Below, piece after piece: positions 28,330-41,667 of a DNA stretch of 64,000 nucleotides (position 1 is the stretch's first letter; each line of letters starts with the position of its first letter). Both the position numbers and the translations under genes were made by a program. The notes under the pieces were generated by a model, which worked only from the letters and a program-made list of their open reading frames with translations, did no database searches and was not told the origin of the DNA. The stretch spans positions 344,472,001 to 344,536,000 of the forward strand of contig OZ024740.1 of NCBI GenBank assembly GCA_964016885.1. Reading direction: 5' to 3'. The stretch comes from Eledone cirrhosa. Taxonomy: Eukaryota.

Positions 28330-28860
28330 ATATTTACATCTTCCGGATTACCTATATGAAGCAGCATTGTTCTTCATCCTTAATTTAGAAAGCTGATAAC
28401 CTGCTTATTACAATATTGGTCTCACGATCAAAAGGACGAGCTTCATTTCCTGCACTGGTTCTTGTGTGAGGGGCTTTATTTCACATTGATCAAGTTAAGC
28501 CTCTTCGAAATAAGTATCAGTAGCAGTTTGGGATCAATCTGTCAACGGATTGGTGTCCCATCTTGTAATCTCAGTCGCTTAACATCGCGTGAGACTAGAA
28601 TAAGCTCCAAACTGATGTGCGGTTAGGCTCTACACGTTCTGATTAGAATTGTAGCTACATTGAAAAGAAAAATCTTTAACATCAATAACAATTCTTATTA
28701 GAATTTCATTTGATGAAAAACATTGAATAGCCTTGCGCAAGGGGAAATGAGTCCTCGGTTTCGTATTTCTAAACTTCCACAATGGACCAGCGAATAGCTT
28801 TCATCAACAACTATATTATCTGAAGTGCTTACATGTGTATGATACATTAATCTTCACAGA
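28330..28860 (-). mobile_element. Decayed piggyBac-like transposase fragment
   Basis: NIVVDES motif followed by remnants of the P.K...GIK block. Confidence 0.4.
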
Positions 28861-28935
28861 GGAGGTATAATAAGACGTAAACATGTCTAGAGTGGTCACA
28901 GTACATACGAAAATTCAGAATCACTCTAATTACAT

Positions 28936-28982
<47 letters not shown>

Positions 28983-28986
<4 letters not shown>

Positions 28987-29044
28987 TATTGAGTACTTTG
29001 GTGCGTTATGGTCCATCTGGTTCCTTACCACATTTCCTTCGTTA
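28983..29044 (+). mobile_element. Family B tail-only fragment
   Basis: AAGTATTGAGTACTTTGGTGCGTTATGGTCCATCTGGTTCCTTACCAC is shared with the other copies; in (TA)n next to the large PLE. Confidence 0.8.
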
Positions 29045-29060
29045 TATATATATATATATA

Positions 29061-30500
29061 AGTAAAAAGGAAAAGATAATGCTGACAAATTTTTCCCAGT
29101 GAAAAATAGTTTAATTAGGAATGAGTATAAATTAGTAATAAGTATTGGTTAGTATTCAGTTTTGGTTTTAAGTTTTTGCCGGTTGTGTATTTCTAATGGT
29201 TTTCAAAAATAATTTTAAGATAGAGCGCTCGTGATGTTTGCTCTAATCTGGTCAGTTTTGGAAATTCTTCCTGTTTTATGTGAAAAAAGTGGCTCCAGAT
29301 GTATTAAGATTTGGTTGGTTGTTGAATGTCACGTGAATAAGTACTATAAATTTCGCGCCAATTCGTGTTGCAAAAATTCTTGTAGTCAAAACAATTTTGA
29401 TTGGTCGGTAGAGGTCACGTGAATGTTAAAAATTGATTTTAGCGCGAACTGGTTTGGCGCCAAATGTAGGTTTGTAGGAAGAGTGTCCTTTTTCGCTTGA
29501 GTTGCAGTCATGTTGAGAAGTCACTGAAAAACATATCTATTAAGACAAATATGTGTGTGGTGTGTGTGTGTGTGTAGTAAAGAGGTTCATTGTTGTGATA
29601 ATGGTCAGTAGGGATGTGTGTGTGAGTTGCAGTCATGTTGAAAGGTCAACAGTTCAGGTGTCTATTAAGACAAATATGTGTGTGTGTGTGTTTGTGAGTG
29701 TGTGTAGCAGAGTGGTTCGTGGTAGAGGGAATAAATCGGTCAGTAGGAATGTGAGTGTACGTGTGATGTGTGTGTGGTGGTGCATTTTAACATGTTGAAA
29801 CATATTGTTCAGCTCTTGTCTTATACGGAGAAGTGTGTGTGTGTGTGTGTGTGTGTGTCTGTTTGTGTGTGTTTGTGTGTGAGTGTGTGCATATCTGTTT
29901 GTATGTTAGTGTACACGTGTGTATGTGTGTGTGTATATGTGTGTGTGGATGGACCAGTATTTTTGTGATACTGGTAAAAATGGTGTACATTATTCGATAT
30001 TTTCAGTCATTTGCAAAAACGATTCTCTCAAAAGAACATCAAAAACATCAATAATAAATGAGGTGAAATGATGTATAGTACTGTCATAACACCAAGGTGT
30101 GTGTGAGTGTCCAGATTGTACGTACTGCAAGGAGAATTCATTAGGCCCTGCTGTAAGGGATACTTGTGTACACATATGTATGGGCCCATCAATGTGCAAT
30201 ACATGTGTGCGTATATGTATGTGTGTGTGTCGGCACGTTTATATATATAAACATCAAAATGTATGCAAATTTGTGTATATTTGTGTTGCACCATAGAACA
30301 TGTGTGTTTACGTATGTCATTGTGTTTATATGTGGATAGAAATGTATGTAGGATGTATGCTGATGTAGGTATGTATGTTGACGTGTGTATGTTGTGGGTT
30401 CGTCTTAGGGGGAAGTGTTTAGACGGGGTCCGTATTTGTTAATAAAGTGAGATTCCTTGCTGATGCGCTGGGTGTGGGTGGCATTATCTTTAAATTTGTA
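29061..30500 (-). repeat. Left (inverted) pseudo-LTR of the PLE, including the last ~30 codons of the endonuclease
   Basis: Reverse complement of 33996-35447, with substitutions and microsatellite length differences. Confidence 0.95.
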
Positions 30501-30593
30501 ATATGTCATTATCTTTAAATTTGTAATATATCACAACTCCTGTGTCACACCTCTATTTTTTTAAATATCATATCCCCACACGAGATACAGAAA

Positions 30594-31947
30594 ATGCCAA
30601 CAAAAACAGATACAACTCTTATCAACACAAATGAAGAGATTCTACAGGAACTCAAGAAAATTAACACCAACCTATCTGTGCTAGTCGACAAACTTGACTC
30701 CACAAATGAGGAAACCGTTACCGGATACAAACCCTCCGAAATCGGCGATAAACTTCAAAACCTTTGCGATACTATCCAAACTATGTTCACTATTACCAAC
30801 CCAGGAAAAACCAACGAAGAACCATGTGAGATTGATTCATACAAAATGAAAATTCGAAAAATCCCAAAATGGAACAAACCCCTCAGAGACAGAAAGTTCT
30901 CCTTTTGGAAGATGATACAAAATCACAACAAAGCGGAGATATATTAAAAATGGCTTAACTCAACCCCCTCTAACTCTCCCCCGTAAAATACAAATAAGGT
31001 CCATTCCAAATGAACCCGAGCCTCAAAGACACCTTAGGAAAAGAATGGCATTGGAAAAAATGAAGACAGAAATTGAACTTCTTAAATTGAGGGCCCAGAC
31101 AAATGAGGAAAAAATCAAAACCATCAATGAAGAAATCCTCCTTGAAATCAACAATAAGACTGAAGGCCCTAACGTAAAGAAGATCTCTAAATTATGGAAA
31201 GAGGACTGCAACAGAGAAGAGCTGAAATCCCTTCAACGCTGGGAAAAAAGTGCCGCTTGGTTCCTAAACTATGAATCGACTTTTCAAACGGATTACACCT
31301 CCAATAACCCGTTCATAAAAATAGGAAAACCCATAACCCAACCGCACAACAACTTCGCAAACTCCCCAGCTACTAACAAAAGAAGAAGGAAGCACCACAC
31401 CGAAGATGAACTTCCGAACCTCGCTTACATAAGAAGGAACAAAAACCCTATAAATCATCACCCCCAGAATGACATTTACAACTTTCCCCCTTCAAGGAAA
31501 TACCATACCAAATCACTCAACTACTACGCGGATGCCTCATCGTCAAACATAGGGAAAAGATACCACCACCATGATAGATGTAACAACTTCCTCGCTACAA
31601 GGGGACATCAAGGTAATTTCCATTTTCTCAACTCTCGCTTCCACAATACACAACAAACCCACACCGCACGATACAGCCAACAACGTAGGCCACCTATAAC
31701 ACCACAATCCAACATGGCACATAGAAACACACATCCATACTCGCAATATAGGAACACCCCATTCAATACACAACCACGAACCCGAACCACATTTTACAAC
31801 AACAAGGAATATAACAAACACAGGAGACCACTTAACATCAGCAGACAACCCCTCTACCCCAACCATTTTTTAGACACAGAACACAGATACAGGCAAACAA
31901 GACGGGAAGGAGAAACCGAGAGTAATAAAAATTATCAATCTAACTAG
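30594..31947 (+). pseudogene. PLE ORF1-like region (helical/coiled-coil N-part, basic low-complexity C-part), disrupted by a stop and frameshift near 30945-31020
   Basis: ORFs 30594-30947 and 31045-31947 are joined by a disrupted linker (KWLNSTP..LPRKIQIRSIPNEPEPQRHLRKRM). Heptad-like L/I/E/K spacing. Same A/C-rich strand bias as ORF2. Confidence 0.7.
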
Positions 31948-34091
31948 TGCAGAACCAACTCCCATCCTTATCAACTTACTCTCCAAATGTCTTAAATTCA
32001 CACCGACCCCCCTACGTCCTAACTACTATGAAATGAAGGAAGACATCACAGACTTCTGTAGAAAGTTACGACTCAGTGAAGAAATATTCGACCAGTACAA
32101 TGAGGATGAATCATTAGCCAGAAATAAAGGCAACTACACCCCATCACATCAAAAGGTAGAAATAAAATCCTGGACGAATTCTGTGAACACATCACAAACT
32201 TCCCTTACCAACACTTGCACAGACAAAAATACAAGCCAAACCTCAACAAGAAAGAATGGGAAGAATTAAATAGATTAAAAACCGACAGAACTATTACAAT
32301 TAAAGAGGCTGATAAAGGGAGTGCAGTAGTCCTAATGGAGACAGAATTCTATATCAACTTAGCACTCTCCACTTTGGAAAATGAAACATACTACGAAAAG
32401 GCTGAACACTACAATCAACAGAAAATTATAAGAAGCCTAAAAACTCTGATCAACCAATACAAAGAAGGACTCACTAACAAGGAATTCAGCTTCATCACAG
32501 ACTTCACAAGTAAATCCAACCTTTTCTACGGTATCCCTACAGTACATAAAAGCGAATTAATAAGTAAGGCATGCAAGGAAGCCACAGACATAATCATCAA
32601 TGTCCCCTCACCCAATGATCTCAAATTAAGACCTATAATAGCAGGCCCCGCTTGCGAAACCCACCGCCATAGCAACTTCATTGATACCCTTCTCAAGCCT
32701 TTTCTCAAATACATCAAAAGCTATATAAGGGACGACCTAGATATGCTCAATCACCTCCCTGATATACCGCTTACTGAACAAACCCTACTAGTGATGTTCG
32801 ATGTAGTCAACCTATACTCCAACATCCCCACAACCTAGGAATAGAAGCTATCCAATTCTGGCTGGATGAACTCCCACAACGCATCAAAAAAGAATTCGTG
32901 ATAGAAGGACTCAAATTTATCTTGGAAAACAATTACTTCCTTTTCAATAACAAATCCTAGAGGCAGAAATCTGGGAGGGCTATGGGAACGAAAACGGCCC
33001 CCACTTATGCCAACCTAGTCATGGGATACCTGGAAATCATCCTCTACACTAAAGTAGTAAACACATTTGGAAACACTCTCCACTTACACATAGAGAAGAA
33101 CTAGAAGCGATATCTGGATGACTGCTTCATCCTTTGGCACGAAAACATCGAGAAACTTAAAGAATTTCACACCCTTATAAATGGGATCAACACGAATATT
33201 AACTTTACTATGGAATACAGCCATCAACAACTCCCCTTCCTCGACATCCTCATTAAGATTCATGACAAAAAAATAAAAACAGACATATAATACAAGCCCA
33301 CAGACTCCAAGCAATATCTTCCTATCAATTATTGCCACCCTAGACACGTTAAAATTAATATTCCCTACAACTTAGCCAAGAGAATCTGTACTATAGTCTC
33401 CAATAAAAACACCTGTTACTTATGTCTACAAGAACTAAAGGACACACTCATAAGCAGGGACTACCCTGCATCACTAATTAACAATGGAATCCAACGTGCC
33501 CTAAAACTCAGTACCCAGGACCTTAGACACCATCCTCCAGAACATCCCTGTATTAAAAAAGGACCATAGAATGAACCAAATCCTTCGAACACACGATATC
33601 ATAAAGAGCAAAAGACAATCTAAGTCAATGAAAAACATCCTAACACATGCCAAAGTACTGCTAACCACAACAACGGAACCCACAGTAAAAAAATCGATAG
33701 ACCCAACTGTGGCATATGCATCAACCTAATAGAGGGTTCGGAATTCTATTTCAAAGAAGGACAACGTTTTATAGTAAAACTCAATTTCACATGCGCATCA
33801 AAAAATCTAATATATGTATTAATTTCCTCAAGTTGTCAAGAACAATACATAGGCCAGACTAAAAACAGCCTCCGCCAACGCATGACTGTCCATAGATCCC
33901 AAATTAAAATACGGGAATACAGAAAAATACCACTGAGTGAACACATTGATACGTGTGCCGCCCAAAATCCTCCCAACTTTAGAATCTTTCCCCTCTACAA
34001 ATTTAAAGATAAAGCAACCCACACCCAGCGCATCAGCAAGGAATCTCACTTTATTAACAAATACGGACCCCGTCTAAACACTTCTCCCTAA
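31874..34091 (+). pseudogene. PLE reverse transcriptase + Cys linker + GIY-YIG endonuclease, with several frameshifts and in-frame stops
   Basis: Motifs in order: IINLT..LLSKCLKFTPTP; IKEADKGSAVVLM; LRPIIAG; FDVVNLYSNIP; GRAMGTKTAPTYANL; RYLDDCF (YLDD 33111-33122); LPFLDILI; DRPNCGIC; NLIYVL..SCQEQYIGQT..LRQRMTVH..LSEH..KESHFI..PRLN. Confidence 0.93.
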
Positions 34092-34901
34092 GACGAACCC
34101 ACAACATACACACGTCAACATACATACCTACATCAGCATACATCCTACATACATTTCTATCCACATATAAACACAATGACATACGTAAACACACATGTCC
34201 TATGGTGCAACACAAATATACACAAATTTGCATACATTTTGATGTTTATAGATATAAACGTGCCGACACACACACATACACATACGCACACATGTATTGC
34301 ACATTGATGGGCACATACATATTTGTACACAAGTATCCCATACGGCATGGCCTAATTGATTCCCTTTGCAGTACGTACAATCTGGACACTCACACACCTT
34401 CGTGTTATGACAATACTATACATCATTTCACCCCTTTTATTATTGATGTTTTTCATGTTCTTTTGAGAGGATCGTTTTTGCAAATGACTGAAAATATCGA
34501 ATAATGTACACCATTTTTACCTGTATCACAAAAATACTGGTCCATCCACACACATATACACAGACATATACACACACACATACACACACACATACACACG
34601 CGTACCCTAACATACAAACATACATACACACACACACAGACACACTTCTCCGTATAAGACAAGAGCTGAAAAATATGTTTCAACATGTTAAAATATCACC
34701 CCCCCACACACACACACACCACGTACACACACATTCCTACTGACCGATTCATTCCCTCTACCACGAACCACTCAGGTACACACACACACACACACACACA
34801 CATATTTGTCTTAATAGACACTTGAAATGTTGACCTTTCAACATGAGTGCAACTCACACAAAAATCCCTACTGACCATTATCACAACAATGAACCTCTTT
34901 A

Positions 34902-34963
<62 letters not shown>

Positions 34964-35447
34964 TTGTCTTAATAGATATGTTTTTCAGTGACTTCTCAAC
35001 ATGACTGCAACTCAATCAAGCGAAAAAGGACACTCTTCGACAAACCTACATTTGGCGCCAAACCAGTTCGCGCTAAAATCAATTTTTAACATTCACGAGA
35101 CCTCTACCGACCAATCAAAATTGTTTTGACTACAGGAATTTTTGCAACACGAATTGTCGCGAAATTTATAGTACTTAATCACGTGACATTCAACAACCAA
35201 CCAAATTTTAATACCTCTGGAGCCACTTTTTTCACATAAAAACAGGAAGAATTTCCAAAACTGATTAGATAGAGCAAACATCACGGGCGCTCAAGATTAT
35301 TTTTGAAAAGCATTAGAAATGCGCAACCGGTAAAAACTTAAAACTAAAACTGAATACTAATCAATACTTATTACTAATTATTACTTATTCCTAATTAAAA
35401 TATTTTTAACTGGGAAAAATTTGTCAGATTTTCTTTTCCTTTTTACT
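33996..35447 (+). repeat. Right pseudo-LTR of the PLE
   Basis: Matches the left arm in inverted orientation; followed by a ~45 bp tail. Confidence 0.95.
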
Positions 35448-36080
35448 AATATATCACAAATCGTGTGTGACGCCTCTATTTTTTAAAAATATATATATAT
35501 GGGTGTGTGGGGCGGGGCGCGGGTGTTTGTGTGTGTCTGTGTCTTTGTGTGTGTGTGTATTTGTTTGTACCTGTGCACGAGTGTATGTGTTTGTATGTGT
35601 ATGTGCTTGAATAGAGAGTGAAAAGAAGAGGAGGAGAGGCAGCAAACATGTATGAGTGTTTATTTGTGTTTGTATGTTAGGGTACATTTGTTTTTAAATA
35701 TAGAATGTCTAAGTTAACGGACGCTGTTTTACATCTGTACATCATATTTTAGTACGAAATATTAAGAGGAAGCCGACAAACATCATTTAAGTTCCTGTCG
35801 TATCAGTGCCTAGCAGCTTTAGTTTAGTCAGTAGGCCGATTTCTTTCTGACGTGATATATAAGAGCTTTCAAAGACTTGGGAACATGGCCACATAGAGTG
35901 CAAGAGTTATGGTTGCGAGACAAGATAGCTGGTACTCGTGTGGTTTTTTTCAGTCCTCACTCTTGTTGTAGACGGCTAGATTCGAAAGATTTAATGTCAC
36001 TGTAATAGATCACTCTCCACTTCTTTCGTTCTAGAAACACCTGCTCAAAGATCTTAAAGGGTATGTTAACACACACACAA

Positions 36081-36115
<35 letters not shown>

Positions 36116-37013
36116 CGTATATATATATATATATATATATATATAAGCGTGAAACTAATAAGAGTTTATATTAATGCATTATCTTGTTTGTGTGTGTAAG
36201 TGAATCTGTGTATCTCTGTACGAATATATATGGATATATATATAGACATATAAATCTATATATACATACTTACACCCTACCCTAATACACACACAAACAC
36301 ACACATATATTTGTATGCATGTACAATGAAAAATGAAGGAACTAAACTAGAGAACAACACATGTGTGCAGAAAGTGACGCACACACAAACATATATAAAC
36401 GCACATATTGAGAGAAAAAGAAAGATAGAGAGATAAAGACAGATATATAAAGATAAAGCGGGAGGTTTAATAAAAAAAAATTAATATGACACAAAATGAA
36501 ATATATATATATTGCTAAACAAAAAATTGTAAAGCAAATATTTCTGAAAACAAAATGGTGAATAAACACGGAGAAAAATAAATAAATAGAAACCTGTAAA
36601 CTTACTTTCTCCTTTTGTATATACAAATACACGGATAGAAAAATGTTATAACATATCTGAATTAGATGTATTAATACTACCACATGTACGGTTATGTAAA
36701 TATACGTCTATGTATAATATATAATAGATCCCATCTGCCTAGTTATGTAAGTCTATGCATCTTTGCGGAAATAGTATAACAAGATTATTAAAGCGCTTCT
36801 GTATTAGCAAATCACCCCCTTACAAAATAATAATTATGTTATATAAGACCGATATTTAACATATAATCTTTTATATAATCGTAAGGTCTGTATATACACC
36901 CTGATGATAATATCCATTACATTTTTCCAAAGTAATATATACATTGATATGTATGTATATGTATGTATGCATTCATGCTTATATCTGCATGTATATATAT
37001 ATATATATTTATA

Positions 37014-37064
<51 letters not shown>

Positions 37065-37182
37065 ATAATAATAAATTTGAAGACTAAAATCCAAAGAGGG
37101 CTCGATAAGGATAAGTATATATCAAATATATAAGAACCGTAGAGCAAATATTTATTAAAATAACAGATTAATCTGTTATTTC

Positions 37183-37258
<76 letters not shown>

Positions 37259-38919
37259 AGGCCTGTTATAGACGTAACTGGTATACTTCTTTATTTTATT
37301 CGTATGTAACAGGTTGAGTCTTCTAAAAACCATATACGATTTACATACTAACAAAATAGAATAAGCTTAACATGACTGTTCGGCATGAATTCTATGTCCA
37401 CAATTCGCGTCTCCCATTTGTCATTCACAATGCATATGTCGACTCGTGTTTGTGTAAAATATATTTACAAGTATTTCACATATTTTCCTTCTCTTTCAGA
37501 AATATTTTATAATGATTCTTTTATAAGATTTAGATGAATCTCACTAGGAATTTCTTTCTGTTAAGGATTTTTTAAAAATGACAGTTTCGCAATTCCCATT
37601 GTGTCCAGTCCTACCATGCTGAAGCTCCTCCCTCTGTAATTCTTTCTTTACACACGTTCTATACCGTTTCATTGTAACACTTTAAGTGGAGCATTACAAG
37701 ATATATACAACCGGTCTCTGAAAGCTTGTGAAAATGAAAGGTCGTGACACTTTACTTCAGATGCACCCCCCCCCCCCCGCCCACACACACACACATACAA
37801 AAGATAAAAGTAAAATAAAATATAACAACACAGATGGAATCAGGAAATAAGAATTATGCAAGAAACAAATTACGAGACCTTGATCAACATCATCAAATAT
37901 TATACATATTAAAAATGCACGGAGCACCACAAACTAAACTAAGAACGAAATCTGGCAATAAACACCAACATTTTTAGCTATTTGAAGGGTAAAATACATT
38001 ACTACTAATACTAGACATGATTAACAGAATAACAATAAAATAAATAATACTATTGAGCAAAATTTTATATATAAATTGCTATTATTAAACTTTCATTTTC
38101 CTTTACAATTCGCAGTCTTGAACAATCGTAGCAGTTCCAAAAAAATATATTTTGTAAACATAACATTAAAATACTGCAATACAACATTTGCGGCCTAAGA
38201 ACGCCTTTATGTAAATAAACATTATCATCAGACATCTTTTCGAGGCGCAATTTTTATAACCACATCACAGTAGACTTCAAATCTACAATTAATCTTCGAT
38301 AAGATATGACAGACAAAGTCCGCTTTTGTCTAACACACACACATAAAAAAAAAATAGAATAAACAGTCACCTAGTACATATATACGACAAATGACACCTA
38401 AAAACTAATGAAGCACAAGAACATACTAATAATGTCTGCGAGGAGAAGAAAAAAAATGTAGTAAGTGAGAGGGGTATGATGAGAATATTTGTAACAATGT
38501 GATGTCTGCTAATAGCAAACAAGGGTCATGTGGAAGTATTAAGTGGCAGCTTGGACGGCATGTTAGCCAAAAGGGTTAGCAAGTTGACGGAGAGAATAAT
38601 CGCTAAGAATGTGTGGACAGGCAGAAGGAAAACAATTAGAGGAGAAAGAAAGAGAATGGGAATGAAATAAATAGAGAAAGAGATGAATAGATAGACTATA
38701 TATCTATAAACAGAGGTTTGAACACACCCATATTGTTTTTATTTTTCGCCCCTTTAGTAAGATGTTTAACGAACTGCCTATGTCGCATATCTTCGTTACA
38801 TAGATATATACATATGCAAAAGTGAGGCTCCTTAAATTTATTCTCCTTTACACTTTAATAGAATTACATTGTATATGCTATGCATACACATACACAAACT
38901 CGTGTACATGCACGCACAC

Positions 38920-38968
<49 letters not shown>

Positions 38969-38989
38969 CACACAAACAAACAGTCACAC

Positions 38990-39175
38990 ACTAGGTCAAC
39001 AATTTCTGAGTAGAGGAACGTCGATATTGATCCCAGTGGTGAACTGGTACTTTATTTCATCGACACCAGAAAGATGAAATGATATCGTAGGGATTTGAAC
39101 TCAGAACTTAAAAGGCGGTAACGAAATACTCCAATGTATTTCATTTGACGGGCTAACGATACTGTCGATACATAG
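38990..39175 (-). mobile_element. Older S1-related SINE
   Basis: CTGGTACTTTATTTCATCGAC..GATGAAA..GGATTTGAACTCAG. Confidence 0.75.
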
Positions 39176-39239
39176 GCCTTGCATAAATATATATGTATGT
39201 GTCTCAATTAAGATGAGCTGGTTATGTTGCTAGGATGTA

Positions 39240-39540
39240 AATTAAAAACTGCCCAAATTTCCCACGTATGGCCAACTTCATGTGGCAGTTCAAAACGTAT
39301 GAAGACGTCTTCTTAGATACAATGATGAGCTGAAGAATAATTCCAAGCTTATAGGGATACAAGCATCAGCATTTGAGAAGAATTTAAGCATCCAATTCAA
39401 ATTCATTCTAACAAGTGAACAAATTTCAATGGGAACGCACCAGGGTTGTCGAACACATGGCCATTGTACGAAAACCGCGTCGTATAATTCAGAAAAATTT
39501 CTGAAACACAATTCTATTCTTCGAGGTTTCGGCAATATTT
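39240..39540 (-). mobile_element. Decayed Tc1/mariner transposase fragment
   Basis: YPYKL...Q...RRL.F-like motif. Confidence 0.3.
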
Positions 39541-39719
39541 AACTTATCTGAACAATATAAAATAGAAGGCAATTTCTGTAAACTGTTTGATTTAGATATA
39601 TTGAATATGTTGAACTTAACAGTTTAGTGTTCCCTCACAAGTCCCGAATTTGTTTCATCATAAAATGCATAACTACACATATGATATTTTGTAAAGATAT
39701 CGTTGTTAATGGTGTAGAT

Positions 39720-39997
39720 CAGAAATGGGCAACCTGCGGCCCGCCAAGATTTCTGAATGGCTCGGTTAAATCACCTAAGTGAAATCTTTCTAATTAATTT
39801 TACCCCAACTTTTCAGTCGTAATTTATCTTTCCATCATTTTCACGATCGAGGAAAACAACATGTACAAAGTCTGAAGAAACAAATCAAAACAACCTGAGT
39901 TACTGCCCTTTTAAGAATATAAATTATCGCTTGAGGCCCGCCTGATGATGACCATATCCCATGCGACCCGCTTCTCTAAAAAGGTTGCCCATGCCTG
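39720..39997. mobile_element. hAT-family MITE (278 bp)
   Basis: TIRs CAGAAATGGGCAACCT / AGGTTGCCCATGCCTG. Perfect 8-bp TSD GTGTAGAT at 39712-39719 and 39998-40005. Confidence 0.92.
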
Positions 39998-40757
39998 GTG
40001 TAGATTATGATTATGCAAACGGAGTGTCCTAATTTATAGGAGATATATTATTGCATACTTCCATTCGATTTTGTTTTCATTACTTTAATTCGGCGAATGA
40101 AAATCATTTGAGATTCTAAAGACCATTCTTGATAGTTCCGATGGAATTTTGTTAGCCCCACTTACTTTTTTACAAGGATGAAAATTTGTTGGTTGTGTGG
40201 GGCGCATAATCTGAATAACATTACTATGAACTGCGAAATTTATTTATGTCATCATTTTAAGTTATAATATTCAAACACACAATCAATTATTACAAGTAGT
40301 GAATGTAATATTCTGATAGATTTTTTTATAGGCTTGGTAGTTGCGGTAGATTGGCGCATTCAGAATAGCCCGAGTGGTAGAGTTGCCACTGATTAATACG
40401 TGATTAAAAAGAAACACGGAATAAAACAGACATTCAGACACAGAAATGTACAGGCAGAGATATGCATGCGCGTGTAAGTTGACATACAATCATACACACA
40501 CATACAAGCACACATATACAGTTAGGCATTTATGAATACAACGTCTATTGGATTCACCAGGAGATATGAATACTTTGCGTTTATAAAAAGGAACGTGATA
40601 GATTTGATAACTTTGTCAACGATAAGACACACCACACACTCTCTCTCACAATACGGACATATATACATTACATACGCATACACATGTAAATACACCACAT
40701 ACACGCACTCACACACACACACATATATATATATAAATGTGTGTGTGTGTGTGTGTG

Positions 40758-40808
<51 letters not shown>

Positions 40809-41438
40809 ATTACACACATGTTAATACACATACACGTGTGTGTGTTTGAGTGTGTATAATCTTCAGCCACTCTCCACTCTTATTCTTAGATATTTAGGTT
40901 TTTGTTTTCTCGGCTCTCTCATGTTATCCTGCTATTGTTCTCGTCTCTTGCTGTACTCGTTTTCGTGCAATATTATTTCAATTATTCAACTTACACACTG
41001 GCTGTCAGTATATCTGTAGTCTTTCCACAAAAGGAATCCTGTCGATAACAGCGAATTTGGCGCCTCTTTAGCAAGCATTTCACTTGTGTTTCACTCTACA
41101 CCATCAACGGGTTATCAACTGGACAATATGTAGTGAGGTGGCGTGTGACGTCTTTAGTTCAACCCCTATGTTATCTTTATTATTGGATTACAACAGACTT
41201 CAGGACTACAAAAACCGATATATCTTAGTCTTTTCATCACACGGATATCGCATATACGTACACTCATGTTGAAGTAAATATACACACATATATAAAAACA
41301 TATTCATCCACACAATGAAATATACATACTAAGAAAACGCACGGAAACATTTCTGAGAATGTGCTAACATATCGGTAGATTTTAAATTCATACACACATA
41401 TACATTTCTCTGTGTCTGTATACACACACACACACACA

Positions 41439-41551
<113 letters not shown>

Positions 41552-41599
41552 AAATATATATAATATATATATATGTGTGTGTTTGTGTATATATATATA

Positions 41600-41667
<68 letters not shown>

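Larger units (their letters stand above)
29061..35492 (+). mobile_element. Penelope-like retroelement (Neptune-type), near full length, with inverted pseudo-LTRs, inserted in (TA)n
   Basis: PLE RT and GIY-YIG motifs inside. 29061-30500 is the reverse complement of 33996-35447. 35448-35492 repeats the element start at 30525-30568. TA runs lie on both flanks. Confidence 0.95.

Noticed and set aside
32940-33300. In-frame stops in the PLE RT as selenocysteine recoding (as in Naiad PLEs)
   Set aside because: The stops are TAG/TAA at Tyr/Trp positions, not TGA, and frameshifts co-occur. This is ordinary decay.
29061-35447. Long TIRs of a DNA transposon/Polinton, or a DIRS element
   Set aside because: The arms include the endonuclease 3' end, and the enzymes are PLE RT/GIY-YIG, not integrase, polB or tyrosine recombinase.
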